From the NCBI GenBank assembly GCA_965248355.1, contig OZ252098.1:2240001-2304000 (forward strand): DNA of 64,000 bases, given 5' to 3'. The translations under genes were made by a program, and so were the position numbers. Each line of letters opens with the position of its first letter. The first letter of the stretch is position 1. A model generated the notes under the pieces. The model was not told where the DNA came from, did not search any database, and saw only the letters and a list, made by a program, of their open reading frames with translations. Source of the stretch: Candidatus Latescibacterota bacterium. GTDB taxonomy: Bacteria; Latescibacterota; UBA2968; UBA8231. Positions 39,025 to 48,850 of the stretch are shown piece after piece.

Positions 39025-39620
39025 TTGTGTATGTGGAATCAAACTTCGTCCTTGAGCTTGCTTATCTTCAGGAGGAACATGGCTGCTGCTCGGAACTCTT
39101 ACGCCTATCAGAATCAGGTGACATTGGCTTGGCGTTACCCGCCTTCTGTATTGGAGAACCATATGAATCATGGGTGCGTCGGCGGAAGAAACGAGAACGG
39201 CTACACGGAGAGCTCGTCACGGAAATCGGTGAGCTCTCTCGTTCAAGACCTTACGAAGGGTCCTCCGATGAGTTTCGAGAACTGACCAGCCTATTGACCG
39301 AGAGTGGCGAGCAAGAGAAAGAGCGACTCGATAGGACCCTAGAGAGAATCCTGCAAACCGTTGAAGTGATACCCATCGGTCCGATTGCCAGAAACGCGAT
39401 AAGATTCCAGAAGACTCTCATCCTTTCGCCACAAGACTCGATAGTCTATGCATCGGTTCTCCATCATCTGGCTACAGCTCACGGGGAGGTCTGCTGTTTC
39501 ATCACCAAGAACTCCAAGGATTTCGCGAATCCGGATATCCAGAGCGAGCTGAGGCCCTACAATTGCAGATTGCTGACAAAGTTCGCTGCTGGCTTGCGGT
39601 ATGTCCGTAGCCAATTGTAG
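39021..39620 (+). CDS. PIN-domain protein
   Basis: VYVESNFV, IGEP, PQDSIVYASV, FITKNSKDF acidic positions. Confidence 0.8.
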   Translation: MIVYVESNFVLELAYLQEEHGCCSELLRLSESGDIGLALPAFCIGEPYESWVRRRKKRERLHGELVTEIGELSRSRPYEGSSDEFRELTSLLTESGEQEKERLDRTLERILQTVEVIPIGPIARNAIRFQKTLILSPQDSIVYASVLHHLATAHGEVCCFITKNSKDFANPDIQSELRPYNCRLLTKFAAGLRYVRSQL

Positions 39621-39722
39621 ACATGCACACGCCCAGGCCGTTCAAGCCAACTTCATGACTACAGCCGCTGCAGCACTCTCCGTAAGAGCAACGGTCTACC
39701 GACCCGTCGTCTCCGCCCTCCC

Positions 39723-40005
39723 TCACACCACCGCCGCCGACTCCCGCTCCACCTGATCCCAGTCCGGCTCGTGCGGGGACGCGGTCGTTCCAGGCGATGG
39801 ACGTGCCGCGGCAGTCGAGTTCCTCCTCGGGAGGGCGGGGCTCTGACCCCCGGTCTCGAGGAGGGGGATCGTTGGGCACCGCCAGGATGGCGTGGGGATC
39901 GCCGCCGTGGACCTCGACGCCGAAGACCTCGGCGAGCTGGGCCTGCTTGATCTGACCAGTGATGCCACGCCGCGCTGGCAGGCGATGTCCACGGCCTCCA
40001 GGGCC
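39723..40005 (-). pseudogene. Degenerate duplicate of the 3' end of the enolase-superfamily gene at 51585-52775
   Basis: Aligns by eye with 51585-51891, with a ~24-bp deletion and small indels. Confidence 0.9.
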
Positions 40006-40013
40006 GTGCCGAC

Positions 40014-41630
40014 TCAGGCCGGCACGATCGTCACGTCCACCTCGTCCACGACGATCGGCTCGGGGTCCGGCACCGCGCCGACGTCGACCATCCCGGAGAA
40101 CAGCAGCGTGAGCGTGAGATCGTTGTCGCCGCGCACCACCAGGCCGGGGGTCAGGTCGATGACGACGGTGGTGTGCGGAGGCAGCGTCCGGCCCGCCTGC
40201 GCCGGGCGCCCTTCGCGGTGGTACACGCGGCGAAGTTGCCCGGCCGGAACTTCGGTGCCGTTGAGGTGCACGGCGATCCGGTCGGCCGATCCCAGGCCGA
40301 CCGCGCGCAGGAACAGCGTGGCGCTGGCGGTCTTCTCGACATCTTCGAACAGCCGGAACCGGTAGCTCGCCGACGGGCTGCCCGGCTCGCGCGGCAGGAC
40401 CAGTTTCTGGTCCTTCATCGTGCCGCACACATTGGTGCCGGACGGGCTGATGCCGTGGTAGCCACCCCACATCGAGCGGTAGGTGTAGTGACGGACGCCG
40501 TCGGCCACCCGCTTCGGGTCGCGAGCTTCGCGCAGGAGGCGGAAGGCCGCAGGCCAGCCGGTCTCCGCGCCGCGCTTGCCGGAACGGAACCCGCCCCAGT
40601 GCTTCTGGAAGTTGTAGACCGACATGCCGTCGGCGCCTTCCTGGCGCAGGGCGTGCGCCAGTGCGCGGTACTTCTCCGCCGTCGCCGGCGGACCGAAGCT
40701 CTCGCGCGAGGAGCAGTACGGCTGCACGCCCGGATAGAGCCGGCACGGTGTCCCCGCGGTGACAGCACGGAACTCCTCGTAGTCGGCGTTGAAGTCGGTG
40801 AACGACGAGTCCATGGGAGCGACGAAGTCGACCAGTCCGCCGCCGGTCCACGCGGGCACGTCGAGCCCGACGGCGTGGCAGTCCTCCAGGGTCTCCGGCA
40901 CCAGCACGCCCAGCTCCAGCCGCCGCCCGCGCGCGGCGCCGCGCTCGTCGAGCATGGTGCGCAGCCGCTCGATCAGCTCGGTCATCAGCGGCTGCCGCTC
41001 GCGGGCCAGGCTCCGGTCGCCGCCGGGGGCGGGGAAGTAGAGGCCGTCGCGAAAGGTGAGCAGGACGCCGTCCACGTCGAAGCGCGACACCACCTCGGCG
41101 ACGACCGCGTACAGGTAGTCGCGCACCTCGGGGACCGTGAAGTCCATCCGGTTGCCCGGCAGGAAGGCGCCGCCGGGCGGCACATCGGTGATCTTCCACT
41201 GCGGGTTGCGGTGCAGGAACATGCCGCCCTGGTCCGGAGCGCCGTGGTTGTCGTTGACCCGGAACCCCGCCAGGCAGCGCATGCCCCGCGTCCGGCAGCG
41301 CTCCAGCATCACCTGCAGCGGCATGATGCCGTCGTCCATCATCGGCAGGAACCGGCGGTGCTGCGGGCGCGCGTCGTACTCGAAGCGCTCGGAGCGGAAG
41401 TACATGGTCCAGCCCGCGTTGTAGACCTCCTGCACGAACACGTCGGCGTCGCTGGTGGCCACGTGGTCGATGAACGTGCGGAGCTCTTGCGGCGCGGCCG
41501 GGTGCGAGGTGATCAGCGGCCGGGCGTCGCCCGGGTCGAAGTCGTAGTTGGCCACGTTGGACGGATCGCTGACGTAGACCAGCTCCCAGTCCCGCGGCGG
41601 CCGGGTGTCGGTGGGCGTCACGGCGGGCAT
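40014..41630 (-). CDS. Putative TIM-barrel glycoside hydrolase-like protein
   Basis: GFRVNDNH, MDFTVPEVRD, FDVDGVLLTF, GADGMSVYNF; C-terminal beta domain. Confidence 0.65.
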   Translation of the reverse strand: MPAVTPTDTRPPRDWELVYVSDPSNVANYDFDPGDARPLITSHPAAPQELRTFIDHVATSDADVFVQEVYNAGWTMYFRSERFEYDARPQHRRFLPMMDDGIMPLQVMLERCRTRGMRCLAGFRVNDNHGAPDQGGMFLHRNPQWKITDVPPGGAFLPGNRMDFTVPEVRDYLYAVVAEVVSRFDVDGVLLTFRDGLYFPAPGGDRSLARERQPLMTELIERLRTMLDERGAARGRRLELGVLVPETLEDCHAVGLDVPAWTGGGLVDFVAPMDSSFTDFNADYEEFRAVTAGTPCRLYPGVQPYCSSRESFGPPATAEKYRALAHALRQEGADGMSVYNFQKHWGGFRSGKRGAETGWPAAFRLLREARDPKRVADGVRHYTYRSMWGGYHGISPSGTNVCGTMKDQKLVLPREPGSPSASYRFRLFEDVEKTASATLFLRAVGLGSADRIAVHLNGTEVPAGQLRRVYHREGRPAQAGRTLPPHTTVVIDLTPGLVVRGDNDLTLTLLFSGMVDVGAVPDPEPIVVDEVDVTIVPA

Positions 41631-41635
41631 CTCTC

Positions 41636-43834
41636 TCACTCCGGCGACCAGGTGGTGGCGTGGACGCCCTCGTCGCGGGCGCCGGCCCACAGGGTCAGCA
41701 CGCGGCCGTCGCTCAGCAGCACCGAGCTGGTGCGCGCGTCCATGGGGTGGTAGGCGAGGATGTAGGGCTCCGGATCCCACGTCCGTCCGCCGTCGGAGCT
41801 GGCCAGCGCGCGGGGACCGCCGACGGCGTCCTTGTGGTCGTAGGTCAGCACGACGCGGCCGTCCGGCAGGCCCACGGCATCGGCGGACACCATGTGCAGG
41901 CGGGTGACCAGGAACGGGGTGGTCCAGTCGTAGCCGCCGTTTCCGGAGAACATGATCGCCTCGTTCTTGTAGCGGCCCGGTCCGACCCGGTTGAGCGAGG
42001 GCGCCGGCCAGGTCTCGCGGCCGCCTCCCTGCCCGGCGGGCGCGTCGAACAGGTCCGGGTGCAGGTACTCGCGCTGGAAGCGCGTCGCGCAGAGCAGCTC
42101 GCCCGACGGCAGCTCCAGGAGGTTCGACTCGCAGCTCCCGGGCGGCAGCACCGTCCAGTCGCCCCAGCTCCTGCCGTCGTCATGAGAGCGCAGCAGGACG
42201 TCCCCTTCGTATCCGGCCTGGTGCGCGGCATCGTTCCAGGCGTTGCTGCAGAAGCAGATCACGGTGCCGCCGGCGAGCTGCACGATGCGGCTGCCGTCGC
42301 CCTGCCCGCAGTAGCGCGTCGGCCGGGGCGCCAGCTCGGAGTCCGTCCACGTCCGCCCGCCGTCGTCGCTGCGCGCCACGCGGGGCTCGGGCGTGGGGAA
42401 CGTGCCGCGCGCCGGGTCGGCTTCGTCGGTCAGCGCGGCGTAGCTCGCGAGGAAGGTGCCGGCGCCGGTCACTCCGAAGCCGAACACCGCCGGCTCCCGT
42501 CCGGACAGCGGGATCTCGGCCACGAAGCTCCACGTGCGGCCCTCGTCGGTGGAGCGATGGATGCGGCAGTCGCGGCTGGAGTAGACCAGGCTGCCGTCGG
42601 GATGGCGGCAGACGACCGCGCCCTTGGCGCCGGCGCCGGCGAAGTAGCGGTGCTCGGCCGGCACGCGCCGGTAGGCCGTCATCTCGAAGTTCTCGACGTA
42701 GTCGCCGCCTTCGTAGCGGTCGTCCGGCCGCATGCGGACCATGCCGTTGTCCAGGTAGCCCCGTGCATCGACCTTGTCGTTCCACAGGTTGGGGTAGACC
42801 AGCGGCGGTTTCTCCAGGCCCTCCGGGGTCCAACGCACCACGCCGATCGCCGGCCGGCGGCCCCACTCGTCCATGCCGGGGCCGTAGATGGTGGGCGCGT
42901 ATGAACCCAGCGCCGCGCCGCGGTGGAAGGCGGACACGATCGCGCCGTCCGCTGTCACCGCGATGGCGGCGCTCACGCCCGCACCGGCCAGCACCGGGCG
43001 CGCCTTCTCGCGGATGGCGTAGCGGCTGAGCGCGAGCACGTGGACCTCGTCTCCCCAGTGCGTGCCGGCGTCGTCGTCGGGGGTTGAACCGACGACCGCA
43101 CGCGCGCCGTAAGGGAAGTGCGGCATGCCGTAGCTCAGCACCAGGCGGCCGTCGGGAAGCTCCGCCAGCGGTGCGGGCAGCGGCGCGAATCCCTCCGGCA
43201 CGTTCCAGGTGGCGCCGCCGTCCTCGGATTCGCCCAGCGCGATGTCACCCATAGCGCCGCCGACGGGGGCGACCAGCCGGCCGCAGCCGAGCTGCAGCGG
43301 GTGGAGCGTCCCCCCTCCGGCCGGAAGCCCGGCCGCGGGCTCCCACGCCGCGCCGCCGTCGGTCGAGCGCAGGATGCGTCCCGGCAGGCACAGCAGCAGC
43401 GCGCCGTCGGCCAGGGCGGTCAGGCAGGCGCGGGGCGAGTCGGACAGTTCCACGTCCAGGGCGGCGATCACCCGCCACGGTCCGGCGGGCTCGTCGGCGC
43501 TGACGATCAGCACGCTTCGAGTGAGGTTCGCTTCGCTCACGGCGCCGCTCCGCTGGATGGCGGCGAGGAGCGTCCCGGCCCGGCCGGCGGTCAGTGCGAG
43601 CACCACGCCGCCCGGAGCCGCGGGCGCTGCCAGGTCGGCCAGCTGCGACCAGGTCACGCCGCCGTCGCCGCTGCGCGCCAGTGACCCGCCGCGGCCTGCG
43701 AGCACGAGCTCATCCCCCTGCCGGCAGAGCAGCGGATCGGCATCGCCGAACAGCACTTCCTGGCGCTCGACGCGCAGCCGGCGGTAGCGCAGCACGTGGC
43801 GGTCGCCGTGATCGGACTCGAAGCGTTCCTTCAT
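41636..43834 (-). CDS. Sialidase-like BNR/Asp-box repeat protein (two propellers)
   Basis: Many S-x-D-x-G-x-T-W boxes (SGDGGVTW, SEDGGATW, STDEGRTW, SDDGGRTW, SHDDGRSW, SSDGGRTW). Confidence 0.82.
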   Translation of the reverse strand: MKERFESDHGDRHVLRYRRLRVERQEVLFGDADPLLCRQGDELVLAGRGGSLARSGDGGVTWSQLADLAAPAAPGGVVLALTAGRAGTLLAAIQRSGAVSEANLTRSVLIVSADEPAGPWRVIAALDVELSDSPRACLTALADGALLLCLPGRILRSTDGGAAWEPAAGLPAGGGTLHPLQLGCGRLVAPVGGAMGDIALGESEDGGATWNVPEGFAPLPAPLAELPDGRLVLSYGMPHFPYGARAVVGSTPDDDAGTHWGDEVHVLALSRYAIREKARPVLAGAGVSAAIAVTADGAIVSAFHRGAALGSYAPTIYGPGMDEWGRRPAIGVVRWTPEGLEKPPLVYPNLWNDKVDARGYLDNGMVRMRPDDRYEGGDYVENFEMTAYRRVPAEHRYFAGAGAKGAVVCRHPDGSLVYSSRDCRIHRSTDEGRTWSFVAEIPLSGREPAVFGFGVTGAGTFLASYAALTDEADPARGTFPTPEPRVARSDDGGRTWTDSELAPRPTRYCGQGDGSRIVQLAGGTVICFCSNAWNDAAHQAGYEGDVLLRSHDDGRSWGDWTVLPPGSCESNLLELPSGELLCATRFQREYLHPDLFDAPAGQGGGRETWPAPSLNRVGPGRYKNEAIMFSGNGGYDWTTPFLVTRLHMVSADAVGLPDGRVVLTYDHKDAVGGPRALASSDGGRTWDPEPYILAYHPMDARTSSVLLSDGRVLTLWAGARDEGVHATTWSPE

Positions 43835-43849
43835 TTGGCGGTCACTATC

Positions 43850-44008
43850 CCCTTCCAGATAGGGCCGGATCGATCAGGGCGGCGATGACTCTCAGGCCAC
43901 CGCCGCAGGCCGCGCATTCGCAGGGTCGCCCATCGCAGCCGATGGCCGCGGGACGCAGCGCTCGCCGAGCCCTCCGCGGAACCAGAGCCGCCAGCTTCTC
44001 CAGCAGTT
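43850..44008 (-). mobile_element. Internally deleted IS91-family transposase 3' remnant
   Basis: Colinear with 48340-48633 (LLEKLAALVP, GHRLRWATL, ECAACGG.LR.IAAL) with deletions. Confidence 0.8.
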
Positions 44009-45461
44009 AAGACAGAGAACGCCGCTCGGCTAGACTCTGGTAAACCTGTCGCCCTTCGTTGAATAGATGCAGGACTTCCTCCCGCTGTGTATCGTTTGTA
44101 AACCGCCAATCCCGGCTCACTATCTCCGTTGCACTGTCAATCGAGCGGACAAAGAACGCTGCTGAACCTTGCGCGATGTCGACGGGGAGACCTGTACCGA
44201 CATAGATGGGACTCGTGTGTGCATAGATCGGCTGTGCAAAGCTGTCACGGGCTTCCCCAAAGGCACGTGCTGCGACCCAGCCATCGGACTCGATCTGGAG
44301 GTCAAACGCCCATTCCCCACCCTGTCTCAGCCCGTCGAGTGGCACCGTCTGGGTGACCACCCCGTTGTAAACCAACTCGACAAGGTTGAGCGGGTAGTGC
44401 GATTGCCAGGTGATTTGTCCCGACGCCGTGCGAGGACACCCATTCGACGATTCGATAGCGCCGCCGGGGGGTTCCCCATCGAGATTCAGAAATAGCGCCG
44501 GTCCGTTCGTGATGAAGGTACGTCCCGCCTGCAAGCCCTTCAACCAGTTTTCATAGGTAAATTCCTCATCGGTTTGGACATAGACACGGTTGTTCGCACA
44601 GATGAACCAATCTGTCCCGGTCGATGCCGGGAGCGGGATGCCGCAGTTGAGCAGGTGATACCAGATGTCGTATTCGAGATCTTTCCAGGAGGGATCGAAC
44701 AGGTTGAAGGCATCCAACTTCCCTAACGCAGCCGCCACCGGCGCTTCCATTCCCCTTCCGTTGTGACACCACAGCACAATACCTCCCTGTCGTTTGGCGT
44801 CGTCGCAGGCGTAACAGATCGGCGGGTAGTCGGGGTCAAGGTTGCTGACAAGATCACCACGACTAACCGGCTCTACCAGATTCTCAATGTGCAAGAACAT
44901 GACATGTCCAGACCCGCCACCATAATGGGAGTTGTGGCGACTTTCCTCACCACAATCGACCAGATGGTGTGCGGTCGAATAGTCGGTCATGAATCCGAGC
45001 GGATACTTGTTGCTGGCATAGGGTAGTTCACCCCGCTGCAGGATGCTTATGACGGTTACGCTGAGGTCGTGGACTCTTGGATCGAGTCGCAATCGGTCAT
45101 CGGGCTGAGCCTCCCTCTCATTGTAGTGCAGATGTGTATTCCCCGGATACCACCCCTGCGATGGCAGATCTGCCCATCGTTTGAGATGCAGCTCGACCTC
45201 GACGGCCCCTTTTGCGGGCATCGAAACGACCTTCCGAAGGGGTTCGTACTCCGTGCCGCGCTCAACCACGATGTCCGTTGAACCACGGGGCACGTCCACA
45301 GTAAACTCCCCCGGACAGTAGAAAAATGGGTCGCCCGGACCAATCTTCAGGATACTGTCAGCCGGGTGGACAAAGTGGCCGCTGCTGGTCAGGACATGGA
45401 CTTTCGCCTCGACGGAGGCACCTGAAACGCTGTCTCGAATGACGCCTCTGAGAGTTGCCAT
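44007..45461 (-). CDS. CehA/McbA-like (PHP-fold) metallohydrolase
   Basis: ERGTEY, WYPGNTHLH, WCHN, ASTGTDW, GRTFITNGP, AHTSPIYV; lower GC. Confidence 0.8.
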   Translation of the reverse strand: MATLRGVIRDSVSGASVEAKVHVLTSSGHFVHPADSILKIGPGDPFFYCPGEFTVDVPRGSTDIVVERGTEYEPLRKVVSMPAKGAVEVELHLKRWADLPSQGWYPGNTHLHYNEREAQPDDRLRLDPRVHDLSVTVISILQRGELPYASNKYPLGFMTDYSTAHHLVDCGEESRHNSHYGGGSGHVMFLHIENLVEPVSRGDLVSNLDPDYPPICYACDDAKRQGGIVLWCHNGRGMEAPVAAALGKLDAFNLFDPSWKDLEYDIWYHLLNCGIPLPASTGTDWFICANNRVYVQTDEEFTYENWLKGLQAGRTFITNGPALFLNLDGEPPGGAIESSNGCPRTASGQITWQSHYPLNLVELVYNGVVTQTVPLDGLRQGGEWAFDLQIESDGWVAARAFGEARDSFAQPIYAHTSPIYVGTGLPVDIAQGSAAFFVRSIDSATEIVSRDWRFTNDTQREEVLHLFNEGRQVYQSLAERRSLS

Positions 45462-45528
45462 GGAGTGGGTCCTTTCTATGACTCGTCACGTAGGGCCTCA
45501 GGGGCCCCACGGCGCGCTTCCACGCCTC

Positions 45529-46680
45529 CTACTGCCCCCAGACCTCTTCGAAGACCCGGAGGTAGTTCTCGCCGAGGAACTTGCGGATCGTGTCGTCGCC
45601 GTGGCCTCGCCGCACGAGTTCCTCGGTGATCGCGGGGACCTTGCCGATGTGCTCGAGGCCCTCCGGCGCGAGGTCGACCCCGTACTGGTCGCTGCCCAGA
45701 CCGACGTGGTCGGGGCCCATCACGTCGAGAGCGGTTTCGATGTCGTCGACCACTTCGGACAGGTTGCGGTGGGTGATGTGAATCAGTCCCAGCACGCCGC
45801 CGTTGCGAGCGATCGCCTCGAGCATCTTCCGGTCACGAGGGAGTTCGAGGCGTGTTCGCGGACGTGTGCCTCCGGCGAGGCTCGAAGCCGGATCGCTGCT
45901 GGGGAACATGGTAGGCGTGGTGTGGGAGAGAACGACCGGACGGTCGACCCGGTCGAGGATCTCCCAGAAGCCGCGCTCGCCGATGTGCACCAGGTCGACC
46001 ACGATGCGGAGTTCTCCCATCCGGTCGATGAGTGCCTTGCCGGCGGCCGTCAATCCACCCTGGTCGTCGGCGGCCCGGCAGCCGTCCGCGTAGATGTTGC
46101 GACGGGTGTGGGTCAGGCTCGCCACCCGCAGGCCGAGTTTGTAGTACAGATCGAGGAAGCGCGGCTCGGCGCCCAGCGCCTCGCAGCCCTCGAAGGAGAA
46201 GACGAGCGCGACCCGCCCATCCTCCTTGGCCTGACGGATCTCGGCCGCCGACGTGGCGAGCACCAGCTCGTCGAGGCGGTCGACTTCATGGTGCAGGTGC
46301 CAGGTCATCTCGAGCCCGCGGTGCAGCGGGCTGTTGAGCTGGTCGTCGTCGAGGTAGACCGCACAGAGTTGCGAAGTGATGCCGCCTTCACGCCACCGCG
46401 GCAGGTCGTACTGGCCCATGCACCCGAACCAGACGGTGTGCGCCGACATCCCGAACTGGGCGAAGGGGCCGGCGTCGAAACCGAGCGGCGGCTCCCAGCT
46501 CCCGGGGTCGGGGAGTTCGACCCGTTGATCGAGCGTCATCTTGCCGTCGCTGACCGGAATGAGGATGTCGCAGTGACCGTCGATCACGATCGACTCGCGG
46601 TGCAGGGCGGAGGCTTTTTCAGAGATCTCCAAGAGAGTGCTTTCTACGGCGTTGCCCTCGACGACGTAGCCGCGTGGCAC
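45529..46680 (-). CDS. M19 membrane dipeptidase family
   Basis: IDGHCD, FSFEG, SLTH, VDLVH, LSH, GLGSD, GENYLR; true start may be TTG 46632. Confidence 0.88.
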   Translation of the reverse strand: MPRGYVVEGNAVESTLLEISEKASALHRESIVIDGHCDILIPVSDGKMTLDQRVELPDPGSWEPPLGFDAGPFAQFGMSAHTVWFGCMGQYDLPRWREGGITSQLCAVYLDDDQLNSPLHRGLEMTWHLHHEVDRLDELVLATSAAEIRQAKEDGRVALVFSFEGCEALGAEPRFLDLYYKLGLRVASLTHTRRNIYADGCRAADDQGGLTAAGKALIDRMGELRIVVDLVHIGERGFWEILDRVDRPVVLSHTTPTMFPSSDPASSLAGGTRPRTRLELPRDRKMLEAIARNGGVLGLIHITHRNLSEVVDDIETALDVMGPDHVGLGSDQYGVDLAPEGLEHIGKVPAITEELVRRGHGDDTIRKFLGENYLRVFEEVWGQ

Positions 46681-46799
46681 CCGCGACTCGATGCCGGGCG
46701 GAACCTCCTTGATCTGAGCCCGAGCCGGCGCGCCTCTTCGAAGCTCGGGAGGGAAGTCGCCCTGGATGACCTGTTGGGTGGGGGAGCCCCAAGTATAGG

Positions 46800-46976
46800 G
46801 TCGGGGTTCCAGCCCATCCCCGCGTTCTGGCTGTAGCCAAAGATGTGGCCGCTCGGTGCTTCGACTTGCTCTATGGTCAGCGGCAGCTTGCCACTGGGGC
46901 CGGGAGCACGGGTGCGGACTTGGTAGATCGCATCATCGGTCTCGCCGACGATTTCTGCAAAGGAATCAGTACTCAT
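46800..46976 (-). pseudogene. N-terminal remnant of a YjhG/YagF-family (IlvD/Edd) sugar-acid dehydratase
   Basis: YQVRTRAPGPSGKLPLT...PSGHIFGYSQNAGMGWNP, then abrupt loss of similarity. Confidence 0.7.
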
Positions 46977-47004
46977 GCTGCCTCGTTATCTTTCTGGTTC
47001 AGTC

Positions 47005-48015
47005 CTACCAGCCCTCTTCGCGGACTTGGATTTTCTTTAACAAGGGACGCCACCAGGCTTCGTTGTCGCGGTACCAGTGGACCGTATCGCGGAAGCTCTG
47101 GCCGAAATCGACTTGCGGTTCCCAACCTAGCTGGGTGCGGATTTTGGTCGAATCGAGCAGGTAGCGGCGGTCGTGGCCGGGGCGATCATCGACGTAGGTT
47201 TTGTGCGCGGCGTCCAGCCCCAAGGCGTCGAGGATCAGGTCAGCGATGGTTTCGACGTCTTTTTCAATGCCGCTGCCAACGTTGTACGTCTCGCCGATCT
47301 CACCTTTGTTCAGCACGAGGTCGATGGCCCGGCAGTGGTCATCGACGTGGAGCCATTCGCGGCGGTTCTGGCTGGATTTGTACAGCGGCATCTTCTGGCC
47401 GGTGAGCAGGCGGACGACGAAGAAGGGGATGACTTTCTCCGGGAATTGATAGGGGCCGAAGTTGTTGGAGCAGTTCGACAGCGTCACGGGTAGGCCAAAA
47501 GTGTGGCCATAAGCGCGTACGGCTAGATCGGCGGCAGCCTTGGCCGCGTTGTACGGAGTGCGCGGCCGGTAGGGCGATTCCTCGCTGAAGGACTCGTCCG
47601 CGTCGAGGGCCAAGTCGCCGTACACTTCGCAAGTGGAAATGTGGTGAAAGCGCGGCACTTGGGCATCGGCCGCGGCCTGCAACAGCTTTTGCGTCCCCAC
47701 GACATTGGTCTGGAAAAAAGCCGAGGGATTGACAATGGCCAAGCTGTTGTGCGATTCCGCGGCAAAGTTGACCACGTAGTCCGGTCGGTGGACTTCGAAA
47801 AGATGGCGGGTCAGATCGGCATTCTGAATATCGCCGCGGACAAAGGTGTAGCGGTCCCCGTAGTTTTCTTCCACGTCCTGCAGGCTGGCCAAATTGCCGG
47901 CGTAGGTGAGCAGGTCGTAGTTGACAATGCGGTCGTCGGGATAGGTCGATAGCCAGTAGCGAATGAAATTGGAGCCGATGAAGCCGGCACCGCCGGTGAC
48001 GAACAGGGTAGTCAT
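47005..48015 (-). CDS. rfbB: dTDP-glucose 4,6-dehydratase
   Basis: TGGAGFIGSNF, LTYAGN, FAAESH, HISTCEVYG, YNAAK, NCSNNFGPYQFPEK, DRPGHDRRY. Confidence 0.93.
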   Translation of the reverse strand: MTTLFVTGGAGFIGSNFIRYWLSTYPDDRIVNYDLLTYAGNLASLQDVEENYGDRYTFVRGDIQNADLTRHLFEVHRPDYVVNFAAESHNSLAIVNPSAFFQTNVVGTQKLLQAAADAQVPRFHHISTCEVYGDLALDADESFSEESPYRPRTPYNAAKAAADLAVRAYGHTFGLPVTLSNCSNNFGPYQFPEKVIPFFVVRLLTGQKMPLYKSSQNRREWLHVDDHCRAIDLVLNKGEIGETYNVGSGIEKDVETIADLILDALGLDAAHKTYVDDRPGHDRRYLLDSTKIRTQLGWEPQVDFGQSFRDTVHWYRDNEAWWRPLLKKIQVREEGW

Positions 48016-48045
48016 GGATGCTCTTGGTTAGAGGTTGGGTGCGTG

Positions 48046-48679
48046 AAGTATAGGTAAAATGAGGCACTTTCTTGGACTCTCGGTCAAGGCGGTGATCGCA
48101 CCGCCAGGGTCAGGCAGCCCCCTGAGAGGATCGTTTGCCCATCCTTCGACCGAGCTCGCAGTCCGGTCTGGTTGCCTGTCGGCCCGTATCCGGATCAATC
48201 CGGGGCCTGAGGGACCGTTGAAGGCACACCCAGCCGTACCCCCGGCGACGGCGACGGGTCGAAAAGGCAGGTCAGGCGGCCAACTCGAACAGCGGCTCAG
48301 GCGGGGCCCTCGGCGGGGGCCTCACCGGCAGCCCTACTCCCTCCAGATAGGTCCGGATCGAGGGCGGATCGCAGGGCGGCGATGATTCTCAGGCGACCGC
48401 CACAGGCCGCGCATTCGCTGAGGTCGGAGGAAAACACCCGCGCCAGCAGGGTCGCCCACCGCAGCCGATGGCCGCAGGACGCAGCGCTCGCATCGCCGTC
48501 CGCCGCCGACGGCTCGGCAACCGGCTGGGCCGCGATGTGGTCGCGGGCCCGGGCCAGGGGCGCCAGGACCCCGTGGTAGCGTTGGGGATGGAGCCGGGGC
48601 GGGGAACCAGAGCCGCCAGCTTCTCCAGCAGTTCCATCGGAGACAGCCGGAGATGGCGGGTCCCATCCGACCACGGCGT
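48046..48679 (-). mobile_element. IS91/ISCR-family 3' end: frameshifted transposase C-terminus plus oriIS-like end
   Basis: TPWSDGT...RYHGVLAP...CAACGGRLRIIAAL...PLFELAA* (stop ~48272); GTATAGGTAAAATGAGGCAC at 48048 resembles the ISCR oriIS. Confidence 0.8.
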
Positions 48680-48681
48680 TT

Positions 48682-48850
48682 GCCACCGCCCCGGTGTCAA
48701 TCGCTTGGGTCACCTGTCCCGGTCTCTGAAGGTGCATGGCGACAACCACCGCAGTCTCCTCCCGGAGTCTGCGGTATGCTTCGAAAGTCGCGTGGAAAGG
48801 GATCCTCAAAAACAATGTGCTTTTTGTCGCCGAACAGCCGGTAAAGAGGG
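48682..48850 (-). pseudogene. Enolase-superfamily internal fragment
   Basis: IVFEDPFPRD / FEAYRRLREETAVVVAMHLQRPGQVTQAIDTGAV across a frameshift. Confidence 0.5.
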
